From positions 1 through 38,692 of the IMG/VR virus record IMGVR_UViG_3300033076_001009: DNA of 38,692 nt; one strand, given 5' to 3'. The stretch's first letter is position 1. Every line of letters begins with the position of its first letter. Positions 24,424-33,640 of the stretch are shown piece after piece. A model generated the notes under the pieces. The model was not told where the DNA came from. It saw only the letters and a list, made by a program, of their open reading frames with translations, and did not search any database. The position numbers were made by a program, and so were the translations under genes. Origin of the DNA: a virus (Duplodnaviria > Caudoviricetes).

Positions 24424-24473
24424 CCAAAAAACCTTACTGGCCAGGTTGACCAGGGAATCTCAGGATTCAAACA

Positions 24474-25238
24474 ATGACTGAAGAAGTCCAAGCCCTAGCG
24501 GAAGTAGACTCCGCGCCAGCGCAGGAAGTGACGGCCACTCCTGAAGTTGCAGAAAATGCGCCGGAAGTCGCTGAAAATCAACCCAACGAAGCTGCGGAAA
24601 AAACTTATACGCAAGCTGAAATTGACGCGATGATCGGCAAGCGCCTCGCAAGAGAACAGCGCAAATGGGAAAGGGAACAGGCTGCAAAGCAAGCGGAAGC
24701 GCAAACTTTGCGCGCGCCAGTGGCAGAAGTTGATGGGGAAGACCCAGTCTTGCAAAAGGCTGCGGAACTTGTCGCTCAACGTGAAGCCGCAAAGCAGCAA
24801 GCCCAGATCAGGGAGGCTTACGCCGAAAGTGAAGAAGCCGCACGGGACAAATACGATGACTTTGACCAAGTCGCCCGTAACCCGAACGTGCCGATCACCG
24901 AAGTGATGGCTGAAGCGATCTATGCCTCAGATGTCGGTCCTGAAGTAGCTTACTACCTCGGCTCCAACATCAAAGAAGCAGCTCGAATTTCCAAGTTGTC
25001 GCCCTTTTTGCAGGCAAAAGAGATTGGCAAGCTCGAGGCCAAATTGGCTTTAGAACCGCCGGTCAAAAAGACAACGTCGGCTCCCCCGCCGATTTCACCT
25101 GTAACGGCCCGCTCCACTGGAGCACCAGCACTGGACACTACGGACCCACGTTCTATCAAGAACATGACGACCTCGCAGTGGATTGAAGCTGAACGGGCAC
25201 GCCAGATGAAACAGTGGGAAGCCAAACGTAACCGCTAA
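24474..25238 (+). CDS. Capsid scaffolding protein
   Basis: Acidic N-terminus, TYTQAEIDAMIGKRLARE, coiled coil, KTTSAPPPI, basic C-terminal helix; immediately upstream of the coat gene. Confidence 0.85.
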   Translation: MTEEVQALAEVDSAPAQEVTATPEVAENAPEVAENQPNEAAEKTYTQAEIDAMIGKRLAREQRKWEREQAAKQAEAQTLRAPVAEVDGEDPVLQKAAELVAQREAAKQQAQIREAYAESEEAARDKYDDFDQVARNPNVPITEVMAEAIYASDVGPEVAYYLGSNIKEAARISKLSPFLQAKEIGKLEAKLALEPPVKKTTSAPPPISPVTARSTGAPALDTTDPRSIKNMTTSQWIEAERARQMKQWEAKRNR

Positions 25239-25255
25239 TTTTTGAAAGGACTCAC

Positions 25256-26464
25256 ATGTCTAACAGCATTCTTACCATTGACATGATCACCCGGAAATCG
25301 CTCGAGATCCTCGAGAACAACCTGGTGCTCACCCGCAACGTGAACCGTCAGTACGACGACAGCTTCGCTGTTGAAGGCGCCAAGATTGGTTCCACACTGC
25401 GTATCCGCCTGCCCGACCGCGCTCTGGTGACTGACGGCGCCGCCCTGCAAGTTCAGGACGACAACGAACAGTACACCACTCTGACTGTGGCCAGCCAAAA
25501 GCACATCGGCGTCAACTTCACATCTGCTGAATTGACCATGCAATTGGATGACTTCGCTGAGCGTGTTCTGAAGCCTCGTATCAGCCAGCTGGCATCGTCC
25601 ATCGACGCCGACGTGGCCAACGCATACAAGTCTGTCGGTAACTCCGTCGGCACTCCTGGCACCACCCCCAGCACTTCGTTGGTTCTGCTGCAAGCCCAGC
25701 AAAAACTGAACGAAAACGCTGCCGTGATGTCACCCCGCTACGCCACTGTCAACCCTGCCGCTAACGCTGGCCTGGTTGAAGGCATGAAGGGTCTGTTCAA
25801 CCCCACCGACACCATTAGCCGCCAGTTCAAGAACGGCATGATGGGCACTGGCGTGCTGGGTTTTGACGAGATCAACATGTCTCAGTCGATCAAGCAGTTC
25901 ACTACCGGCACCCGTACAGCCACCGGCGGTACAACTTCTGCCGCTGTGACCAGCGAAGGCGCTACCACCATCGCCATCACCGGCGCTGGTAACGCTGGCG
26001 TTGTGAACATCGGCGACGTGTTCACTGTGGCTGACTGCTACGCTGTGAACCCACAGACCCGTGAGTCCACTGGCTCCCTGTTCCAGTTCGTGGCTACTGC
26101 GGCCACCGTGCTGGACAGCTCCGGCGCCGGTAACATCACCGTGGCTCCGATCTACTCGGCTGGCAACGCTCTGGCTACCGTGAACGTTCTGCCTCTGTCG
26201 GGTAAAGCTGTCGTGTTCGTGGGCGCTGCTGCTACCCAGTACGCTCAGAACTTGGTGTACCACAAGGACGCCATCACCTTTGCAACTGCTGACTTGCTGT
26301 TGCCTCAAGGTGTTGACATGGCCGCCCGCGCTGTGCACAACGGTATCAGCCTGCGTGTTGTTCGTCAGTACGACATCAACAACGACCGTATGCCTTGCCG
26401 TATCGACGTTCTGTACGGCTACAGCACGATCCGTCCTCAAATGGCTGTCCGCCTCTGGGGCTAA
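25256..26464 (+). CDS. Major capsid protein, P22 coat-like
   Basis: MSNSILTIDMITRKSLEILENNL...GAKIGSTLRIRLP...CRIDVLYG; strongly biased codon usage. Confidence 0.93.
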   Translation: MSNSILTIDMITRKSLEILENNLVLTRNVNRQYDDSFAVEGAKIGSTLRIRLPDRALVTDGAALQVQDDNEQYTTLTVASQKHIGVNFTSAELTMQLDDFAERVLKPRISQLASSIDADVANAYKSVGNSVGTPGTTPSTSLVLLQAQQKLNENAAVMSPRYATVNPAANAGLVEGMKGLFNPTDTISRQFKNGMMGTGVLGFDEINMSQSIKQFTTGTRTATGGTTSAAVTSEGATTIAITGAGNAGVVNIGDVFTVADCYAVNPQTRESTGSLFQFVATAATVLDSSGAGNITVAPIYSAGNALATVNVLPLSGKAVVFVGAAATQYAQNLVYHKDAITFATADLLLPQGVDMAARAVHNGISLRVVRQYDINNDRMPCRIDVLYGYSTIRPQMAVRLWG

Positions 26465-26471
26465 ATTGAAT

Positions 26472-26494
26472 GCCCCTTCGGGGGCTTCTATTTC
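26472..26494 (+). terminator. UUCG hairpin or weak terminator after the coat gene
   Basis: GCCCC-TTCG-GGGGC-TTCTATTT. Confidence 0.65.
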
Positions 26495-26516
26495 TTAATT
26501 TTGAAAGGAAATTATC

Positions 26517-26924
26517 ATGGCACTCCCTAACGGCGCAGGCGGCTACCAAGTTGGCGACGGCAACCTGAACGAACTGACGATGGGCTACGCAGCCACTCCT
26601 CAGACTGCTACTTCGACAGCTACACTGACTGCTGCTCAAGTGACTGGCGGCATTCTGGTGGCTAACCCCAGCACGTCTGCTGCTACCTACACTTTGCCTA
26701 CCGCTTCTGCTATCGACGCAGTTGTGACCAGCGCAAAAGCAGGCAGCACTTTCACGCTGAACGTGGTCAACACCGGCACTTCGTCCGGCACTGTGACTCT
26801 GGCTACTGCCACTGGCATCACTGACGGCGGCAACGCTTTCGTGGCCGTGGCTGTCACTTCTAGCGCTCAGTTTACTTTCCGTAAAACTGCTGACGGCGCT
26901 TGGACTGTGTACAAAACAGCCTAA
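26517..26924 (+). CDS. Putative capsid decoration/cement protein
   Basis: 135 aa, Thr/Ala-rich, follows the coat gene with similar codon bias. Confidence 0.7.
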   Translation: MALPNGAGGYQVGDGNLNELTMGYAATPQTATSTATLTAAQVTGGILVANPSTSAATYTLPTASAIDAVVTSAKAGSTFTLNVVNTGTSSGTVTLATATGITDGGNAFVAVAVTSSAQFTFRKTADGAWTVYKTA

Positions 26925-26929
26925 ACCTG

Positions 26930-26953
26930 AAGGCCCCTTCGGGGGCCTTTTTT
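26930..26953 (+). terminator. Intrinsic terminator
   Basis: AAGGCCCC-TTCG-GGGGCC-TTTTTT. Confidence 0.8.
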
Positions 26954-26964
26954 AAGGAGCAATC

Positions 26965-27201
26965 ATGGCAAACAATCAACCTGTCGGCGTTGCATACGCT
27001 GACCCCCAGTTGACCAGCGCTACTTTCACGCCTGTCGCCGTCGCGTCGTTGCCCACAGCATCGGCAGCTTTGGCTGGTATGCGTATGGCGGTCAACAACT
27101 CCAACGCTACCTATACCGCTGGTATCGGCGCGGCAGTTGCTGGCGGCGGCTCCTACACGGTGCCCGTCTTCTGCAACGGCTCTGCTTGGGTCATCGGCTA
27201 A
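26965..27201 (+). CDS. Small putative capsid-associated protein
   Basis: 78 aa, AAGGAG RBS; VAVASLPTAS...PVFCNGSAWVIG. Confidence 0.75.
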   Translation: MANNQPVGVAYADPQLTSATFTPVAVASLPTASAALAGMRMAVNNSNATYTAGIGAAVAGGGSYTVPVFCNGSAWVIG

Positions 27202-27206
27202 ACCTA

Positions 27207-27230
27207 AAGGCCCCTTCGGGGGCCTTCTTA
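27207..27230 (+). terminator. UUCG hairpin, second copy of a 29-bp repeat
   Basis: AAGGCCCC-TTCG-GGGGCCTT; 27198-27226 matches 26921-26949 with 1 mismatch. Confidence 0.65.
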
Positions 27231-27234
27231 AATC

Positions 27235-27414
27235 ATGGTCATTTATCTCACACACCCCATTCACGGCGCCAAGGTCGCAACGCTTGACATCGAGGCCGCA
27301 GAAGATGAAAAAAATGGCTGGACACGCTACAATCCAGACGAAGCGGCTCCAGTCAACGCGCTTGAGAAACGCCCTCGCCGCACCAAGCCGGTAGAGGAAA
27401 CTGAAGGACTTTAA
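27235..27414 (+). CDS. Hypothetical protein (59 aa)
   Basis: Read manually: MVIYLTHPIHGAKVATLDIEAAEDEKNGWTRYNPDE...; fills the gap before the adaptor gene. Confidence 0.72.
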   Translation: MVIYLTHPIHGAKVATLDIEAAEDEKNGWTRYNPDEAAPVNALEKRPRRTKPVEETEGL

Positions 27415-27416
27415 TC

Positions 27417-28130
27417 ATGACCACGTACACCGCAGGCGAACAAATCAACCGGGCATTGCGTTTGCTAGGTGTACTGGCAGAAGGCGAAACGCCCTCGGCG
27501 GACATGTCCAATGACGCCCTGATGGCGCTCAACCAGATGATTGACAGTTGGAACACGGAGCGCCTGTCCGTGTTTGTGACGCAAGATCAAGTTTTCACTT
27601 GGCCCGCAGGCTTTATCAGCCGCACGCTGGGTCCGTCCGGCGATTTTGTGGGCCTGCGCCCCATCCTGATGGACGACGCCACGTACTACAAAGCGCCCAA
27701 CGGCGTGTCGTACGGCATCAAGTTCATCAACCAGCAGCAGTACGACGGCATCGCTGTCAAGAACGTCACGTCCACGTACCCGCAAGTGTGCTGGGTCAAC
27801 ATGGGCTATCCTGACATCACCCTGACGGTGTACCCCAAGCCTACGCAGGATTTGGAATGGCACATGATCTCGGTGCAAGAGTTGGACCGTCCTGCGGATT
27901 TGACTACCGTGATGTACTACCCACCAGGCTACCTGCGTGCGTTCACGTACAACTTGGCCATGGAAATCGCGCCTGAGTTTGGTGTCGAGCCCAGCCCGCA
28001 AGTGCAGCGCATCGCCATGACGAGCAAGCGCGATCTCAAGCGCATCAACAACCCGGATGACGTGATGGCCGTGCCGTACGCCTTGGTGGCCAACCGCCAG
28101 CGTTTCAACATCTACGCCGGTAACTACTGA
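27417..28130 (+). CDS. Head-tail adaptor (P22 gp4-like position)
   Basis: INRALRLLGVLAEGETPS...LNQMIDSW...YNLAMEIAPEFG. Confidence 0.8.
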   Translation: MTTYTAGEQINRALRLLGVLAEGETPSADMSNDALMALNQMIDSWNTERLSVFVTQDQVFTWPAGFISRTLGPSGDFVGLRPILMDDATYYKAPNGVSYGIKFINQQQYDGIAVKNVTSTYPQVCWVNMGYPDITLTVYPKPTQDLEWHMISVQELDRPADLTTVMYYPPGYLRAFTYNLAMEIAPEFGVEPSPQVQRIAMTSKRDLKRINNPDDVMAVPYALVANRQRFNIYAGNY

Positions 28131-29647
28131 TGAAGACGCCGATCCTTGGCGGCACATACGTTGCCCGGTCAGTCAATGCGGCAGACAGCCGCATGGTCAA
28201 CCTGTTTCCGGAAGTCATTCCCGAGGGTGGCAAAGAACCCGCGTATCTGAACCGCGCACCAGGCTTGCGCTTGCTGGCCACGCTGGGTGATGGACCTATC
28301 CGGGGCCAGTGGCAGATGGGCGCCAACGGCTACGCTGTCTCGGGCAACCTGTTCTACAAGATCAACAGTGACTGGGAAGTCACCCAGATCGGCTCTGTGA
28401 CCGGGTCGGGGCCTGTCAGTATGGCTGACAATGGCACGCAAATCTTCATCGCTTGCGGTGGCCCCAGCTACATTTACAACTCGAGCTCCGACACGCTGCA
28501 ACAGATCACTGACCCGGATTTCCCCGGCGCTGTGACAGTGGGCTATTTGGATGGCTATTTTGTCTTCAATCCGCCTGACTCCCAGCAAGTCTGGGTGACA
28601 TCGCTGCTGGACGGCACGTCGATTGATCCGCTGGATTTTGCCAGCGCCGAAGGCTCGCCAGACGGTTTGGTGTCGATCATCATCGACCACCGCGAAGCAT
28701 GGTTGTTTGGCACGAACTCGGTCGAAGTCTGGTACGACGCTGGCACGCCGGATTTTCCACTCCAGCGCATTCAGGGTGCGTTCAACGAGATTGGTTGCGC
28801 TGCGCCGTTCTCTGTGGCCAAGATGGACAATGGCATCTTTTGGCTGGGCGCTGACGCCCGTGGCCGGGGTATTGTCTACCGGGCCAACGGCTACACAGGC
28901 CAGCGCATTTCGACCCACGCTGTCGAGTGGCACATTCAGGAATACGGTGATCTGTCTGGCGCCACAGGCTACACATACCAGCAGGACGGCCATTCGTTCT
29001 ATGTGTTGAACTTCCCCAGCGCCAACACGACTTGGGTGTACGACGTCGCCACGCAAGAGTGGTGCGAACGTGCTGGGTTTGAAAATGGCGTGTTTACGCG
29101 GCATCGCGGCAACAATCAGATGGCGTTCAACAACGAAATCGTGATTGGCGACTACCAGAACGGCAACATCTACGCTTTTGATCTGGACGTTTACGCCGAT
29201 AACGGCCAAGTTCAACGTTGGCTGCGGTCATGGCGAGCGCTGCCCCCAGGGCAAAACAACCTCAAGCGCTCGGCGCATCACACGCTGCAACTGGACGCTG
29301 AGGCAGGTCACTGGATGGCGCCTGTGTCTGTCGAAGACAACTTGGTGACTGAGGATGACTTTTTGCTGTTGACCGAGAGCGGTGAGTTTTTGATCACGGG
29401 CACGCAAACGTCGTCCAACCCTGAGCCCAAGTTCATGCTGCGCTGGTCTGATGACGGCGGCCACACTTGGTCGAATGAGCATTGGGCAAATGGCGGCGCG
29501 GTGGGTCAATACGGCCGACGCATCATGTGGCGCCGCTTGGGCATGACGCTCAAGCTGCGCGACCGGGTTTATGAAGTTTCTGGCTCTGACCCGATCAAGA
29601 TTGCCATCATGGGCGCCGAGTTGTTTGTGACACCAACCAATGCTTAA
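28130..29647 (+). CDS. Tail hub / DNA stabilization protein, P22 gp10-like
   Basis: RMVNLFPE, YLDGYFVF, FASAEGSPD, TYQQDGHSFYVLNFP, LRWSDDGGHTWSNE, WRRLG. Confidence 0.88.
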   Translation: MKTPILGGTYVARSVNAADSRMVNLFPEVIPEGGKEPAYLNRAPGLRLLATLGDGPIRGQWQMGANGYAVSGNLFYKINSDWEVTQIGSVTGSGPVSMADNGTQIFIACGGPSYIYNSSSDTLQQITDPDFPGAVTVGYLDGYFVFNPPDSQQVWVTSLLDGTSIDPLDFASAEGSPDGLVSIIIDHREAWLFGTNSVEVWYDAGTPDFPLQRIQGAFNEIGCAAPFSVAKMDNGIFWLGADARGRGIVYRANGYTGQRISTHAVEWHIQEYGDLSGATGYTYQQDGHSFYVLNFPSANTTWVYDVATQEWCERAGFENGVFTRHRGNNQMAFNNEIVIGDYQNGNIYAFDLDVYADNGQVQRWLRSWRALPPGQNNLKRSAHHTLQLDAEAGHWMAPVSVEDNLVTEDDFLLLTESGEFLITGTQTSSNPEPKFMLRWSDDGGHTWSNEHWANGGAVGQYGRRIMWRRLGMTLKLRDRVYEVSGSDPIKIAIMGAELFVTPTNA

Positions 29648-31061
29648 CGTCACCAACATCACCCCACCCCGAGTGCCGCTTGTTGACGAGCGCACGGGGT
29701 TGATTTCGCGTGAATGGTACCGGTTTTTGCTCAACTTGTTCACGCTGACGGGCAGCGGTGCCAGCTCGGCCACGCTGGAAGACTTGCAGCTGGTTCCGCC
29801 TGCCGTTGACTATTCGGCGGACATCACCAAAATCCGTGCGGACTTGGAGATCGGCACTGCACCGTTTCCCAACTTTGGGACGCTGGCGTACCAGAACGCC
29901 GAAAACGTCACGGTTGGCAGACTCAATACGTTTGACTCCACCACCGGAGCCAGCAGCGGCCATATTTACGAAAACTCTGGTTTTTTAGTGCTGGACGGCG
30001 CTGATGGTGTGGTGCAGTCATATAACAACGAAGGTCGTACAGTCACTCAAGACACAGGTTTTCGCCCCTTTGACGATGACTTGTATGATCTAGGCACCGC
30101 CACTCAAGCATGGAAAAGCCTGTACACCACAGACATTTGGTTCAGGGGTTCCGCTGCCAAGAACCTGTATTCCAACAGCAATTTCTCAATCATTGACGGC
30201 ACCAACGGCTCCATCATGGCGTACAACGGCACGGCCATTGCGGTGGCGCAAGCCACTGCGTTTCGCCCCTACGCCAGTTACTCGTACACGCTGGGTACGT
30301 CTGGCCAGCGCTGGGCAACTGTGTACGCTGACGAAGTCACGTTGCAAGCCGGAGGCACAACGCGGTTTTACGAGAACTCCAATTATGCGGTTGTCGATGG
30401 GCTTAACGGCGTAACGCTAGCGTACAACGGTACGGCGATTGCAATCGCGCAATCAAACGCGTTTCGGCCTAACGCCAGCAGCACATACAGCTTGGGCACC
30501 TCCACACAGCGCTGGACGTCTATCTACGCCAACGAGCTGGTGGCGGGCGCGTCTGGTGCGGCGCAATACCAAGAAAATTCCGGGTTTGCGCTGATCAACG
30601 GCACCAACGGCGTGGTCGGCGCGGCGGGGGGCACCGGCATCACCGTCACGCAAGCGACAGGGTTTCGGCCATTTGCCGACAACACGTACACGCTTGGCAC
30701 GTCTGGCCAGCGCTGGTCTGAGGTCTACGCCGCCGTCGGTACGATCAACACCTCGGACGGTTCGCAAAAGCAACAGGTTCGTGACCTGACTGAAGCCGAG
30801 CACCGCGTGGCCAAGGCCATCAAAGGCTTAATTCGAGCTTACAAATTTAACGATGCCGTGGAATCTAAGGGCGACGACGCCCGGATTCACATCGGCGTGA
30901 TTGCCCAAGATGTCCAAGCCGCGTTTGCGGCAGAGGGCCTGGACGCCGCAAAATATGGTTTGTTTTGCAGCGACACATGGACTACACTAGACGGCAAAAC
31001 CGAGACCCGTCTGGGCGTGCGATATGGCGAACTTTTGGCCTTCGTGATCGCAGCACTTTAA
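29640..31061 (+). CDS. Tail needle/fibre (gp26 position) with four 67-aa repeats and a C-terminal peptidase S74 intramolecular chaperone
   Basis: N-terminal PRVPL...REWYRF; FRP....Y.LGT....W...Y repeated at 201-bp spacing; INTSD...K, HIGVIAQDV, GVRYGELL. Confidence 0.82.
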   Translation: MLNVTNITPPRVPLVDERTGLISREWYRFLLNLFTLTGSGASSATLEDLQLVPPAVDYSADITKIRADLEIGTAPFPNFGTLAYQNAENVTVGRLNTFDSTTGASSGHIYENSGFLVLDGADGVVQSYNNEGRTVTQDTGFRPFDDDLYDLGTATQAWKSLYTTDIWFRGSAAKNLYSNSNFSIIDGTNGSIMAYNGTAIAVAQATAFRPYASYSYTLGTSGQRWATVYADEVTLQAGGTTRFYENSNYAVVDGLNGVTLAYNGTAIAIAQSNAFRPNASSTYSLGTSTQRWTSIYANELVAGASGAAQYQENSGFALINGTNGVVGAAGGTGITVTQATGFRPFADNTYTLGTSGQRWSEVYAAVGTINTSDGSQKQQVRDLTEAEHRVAKAIKGLIRAYKFNDAVESKGDDARIHIGVIAQDVQAAFAAEGLDAAKYGLFCSDTWTTLDGKTETRLGVRYGELLAFVIAAL

Positions 31062-31069
31062 GGACCACT

Positions 31070-32956
31070 ATGACGACCACTCTGTCCCCCGCACCAAAGC
31101 TACAGTTTTTCGGCGCCGATGGCACGCCACTGGTTGGCGGCAAACTGTATTCTTACGCAGCGGGCACTTCAACGCCTCTGGCCACGTACACCGATTCGAC
31201 TGGCGCAACCGCCAACTCCAACCCCGTGATTTTGGATTCGCGCGGCGAGGCAGGCGTCTGGCTGGCATCGGCGTCGTACAAGCTGGTGCTCAAAACCAGC
31301 AACGACACGCTGATTTGGACCGTGGACAACATCAACGCTATTTCCACGCTGGACACTTTGGCGGCTTCGGGCGGGTCTAACCTGATCGGTTTTATCCAGG
31401 CAGGCACGGGCGCAACCGCCACCACAGTGCAAGCTCGTTTGCGTCAGACGCTGTCAGTCAAAGACTTCGGCGCAACCGGTGACGGTTCGACTGACGACAC
31501 TACGGCAATTCAAAACGCGCTAAACGCGGGCTCTGGCCGCAGCGTTTACTTCCCCGCAGGCACTTACCGCGTGTCGGCTACGCTGGTCATGAAGACCAAG
31601 ACCACGTTGCTGGGCGACGGCATCAACAAGTCGATTTTGAAGCTGACGTCCGGCGCCAGCGCGTCTTCGCCGCTGCTGCGCAACGATGTGCAAACCGGCA
31701 CAGTAGATGTCTATTACGACACCGACTTGGAGTTCTACGGCCTGACTTTTGACGGCAACAACAACTCCACGCGCACTGTGGAATTGCTGTCCATCAGCAA
31801 AGTGCAAAACGTGACGTTTACCGGCTGCGCTGTGCAGAACAACACGTTTATTGGCTTGGCCGTGGCCGCCAGCAAAAACGTGGTTGTCAGCCAGAGCTAT
31901 TTTACGAACAACGGTCGTCCCCGCCCTTCGACTACCAGCGGCCCTGCTTTTTGGACTGCTACGTCTGTGCAAGGCACGCCGTACGACGTGCGCGTGGAGA
32001 ACAACTACTTCTACAACAACAATTGGTCTGCGGCGTATTTCATGCCGACTCGCGGTTCGTTCTCGAACAACAACTGCGTGGGCAACGGCGAATCGACCAT
32101 TTTCTGCAATGACACAGGTTCGTACTTGCGCATCGAAGGCAACGCCATCACGGGCGCTACGCGGTCAAACATTTCCGCGTCCGGCGTGGAGTGCGGCGCT
32201 CCGTACACTGTGATCACCGGCAACACGATTGATTCGTGCGGCGCAGATGGTATTGCGCTGTCGGATGTGCAGAACGTCACGATCAGCGACAACCAGATTT
32301 TTAACAACGGGCAAGAGCCTGGCTATTTCCCGTACGCCAACGGCATCACGATCATCGGTACAACGTCTAGCCCTGCGCAGCCTGACCACATTCAGATTCA
32401 CGGCAATCGTATTGGCGACCGTCAAGGCACCAAGACACAATACGCCGCGATTGGTTTTGGTGGTTCGGGCTCGGCATGTACCAACGTCGCAATCTACAAC
32501 AACGATTTCACCGAGCAGAAGACCGCAACGTATTACAACCTGACTTCTGCACGGTTTGGTACGGGCTGCTACACGGTCAACAACTACGATAAGGACGGCG
32601 CTTTGCTGCCCCCCTTTCGTTACGCAACTTTCACCCTCAACGGCAGCGCAGGTGCTCAGTCAATCACGGGTATCGGATTTCGACCACGCGCCCTTAGAAT
32701 TACCGCCGTTTTGGCTTCGACTACTCAAGCGTTTACGAGCGTGGGTAGCCATGGTACGACAGGATCTGTGATCTATTCGGCTGTGGACGGTTCTGGCCGC
32801 CGTGCTGGTCAAACGACCGGCATCATCAACCTCAAAGACAGCAGCGGCGCAACCCTAGCGGCAGCGAATCTGACCTCATATGACGTCGATGGGTTCACAC
32901 TTGACGTGTTGACTGGCAACACATCGTGCGTGTGCAACGTCGAGTGCTACCCATAA
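31070..32956 (+). CDS. Tailspike with pectate-lyase-like right-handed beta-helix
   Basis: PLVGGKLYSY.AGTSTP...NPVILDSRGEA virion-binding N-terminus; SVKDFGATGDGSTDDTTAIQNAL...FPAGTY; Asn-ladder repeats; start ATG 31070. Confidence 0.9.
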   Translation: MTTTLSPAPKLQFFGADGTPLVGGKLYSYAAGTSTPLATYTDSTGATANSNPVILDSRGEAGVWLASASYKLVLKTSNDTLIWTVDNINAISTLDTLAASGGSNLIGFIQAGTGATATTVQARLRQTLSVKDFGATGDGSTDDTTAIQNALNAGSGRSVYFPAGTYRVSATLVMKTKTTLLGDGINKSILKLTSGASASSPLLRNDVQTGTVDVYYDTDLEFYGLTFDGNNNSTRTVELLSISKVQNVTFTGCAVQNNTFIGLAVAASKNVVVSQSYFTNNGRPRPSTTSGPAFWTATSVQGTPYDVRVENNYFYNNNWSAAYFMPTRGSFSNNNCVGNGESTIFCNDTGSYLRIEGNAITGATRSNISASGVECGAPYTVITGNTIDSCGADGIALSDVQNVTISDNQIFNNGQEPGYFPYANGITIIGTTSSPAQPDHIQIHGNRIGDRQGTKTQYAAIGFGGSGSACTNVAIYNNDFTEQKTATYYNLTSARFGTGCYTVNNYDKDGALLPPFRYATFTLNGSAGAQSITGIGFRPRALRITAVLASTTQAFTSVGSHGTTGSVIYSAVDGSGRRAGQTTGIINLKDSSGATLAAANLTSYDVDGFTLDVLTGNTSCVCNVECYP

Positions 32957-32965
32957 GGAACTGAC

Positions 32966-33301
32966 ATGACAGTAACCGTAGCAGTTCTGGTCCCCGCCAA
33001 AACCGCGGAAAACGTGCAGACGACGCAGTACACGTCGTCCAACGTCACGACCATCATTGACAAATTCACGGCCACCAACTACAGCGGCACAGCCGCCACG
33101 ATCAGCGTGAACTTGGTGACGTCCGGCGACACGGCGGGCAACTCCAACTTGATCACCAAAACCAAGTCACTGGCGCCGTCTGAGGTCTACACCTTCCCTG
33201 AACTGGTCGGTCAAGTGCTGTCCTCGGGCGGGTTTATCTCGACGCTGGCCGGAACTTCTGCCGCCATCAACATCCGCGTCTCTGGGCGCCAGATCACATG
33301 A
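32966..33301 (+). CDS. Putative tail structural protein
   Basis: 111 aa beta-rich protein with AAGGA RBS. Confidence 0.72.
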   Translation: MTVTVAVLVPAKTAENVQTTQYTSSNVTTIIDKFTATNYSGTAATISVNLVTSGDTAGNSNLITKTKSLAPSEVYTFPELVGQVLSSGGFISTLAGTSAAINIRVSGRQIT

Positions 33302-33639
33302 TCGAACACCACTTTGGCGCAGGCGTTTACGCCAAAGAGACGCGCATCCCCGCTGGGCATGTTTTGGTCCAGCATCGGCATAAGTTTGATCATTTGTCAA
33401 TCTTGGCCAGCGGCTCAATTGAGTTAATGGTTGACGGTGAGCGGTCTGTTGTCCACGCGCCAGCTTGTTTGACTATTGAAGCAAACAAGCATCACGGCGT
33501 AAAATCGCTCACAGACGTTGTTTGGTATTGCATTCACGCAACCGAATGCACAGACGAAGACGAAATTGATGAAGTATTGATCGCGCCCGGCGACGCTGCG
33601 CAGGCGCACGAAATGGCCAAGTGCCTACAGGAGAGTTAA
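33298..33639 (+). CDS. Cupin (RmlC-like) domain protein
   Basis: HHFGAGVYAKE...QHRHKFDHLSILASG...APACL...KHH...WYCIH. Confidence 0.78.
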   Translation: MIEHHFGAGVYAKETRIPAGHVLVQHRHKFDHLSILASGSIELMVDGERSVVHAPACLTIEANKHHGVKSLTDVVWYCIHATECTDEDEIDEVLIAPGDAAQAHEMAKCLQES

Positions 33640-33640
33640 T

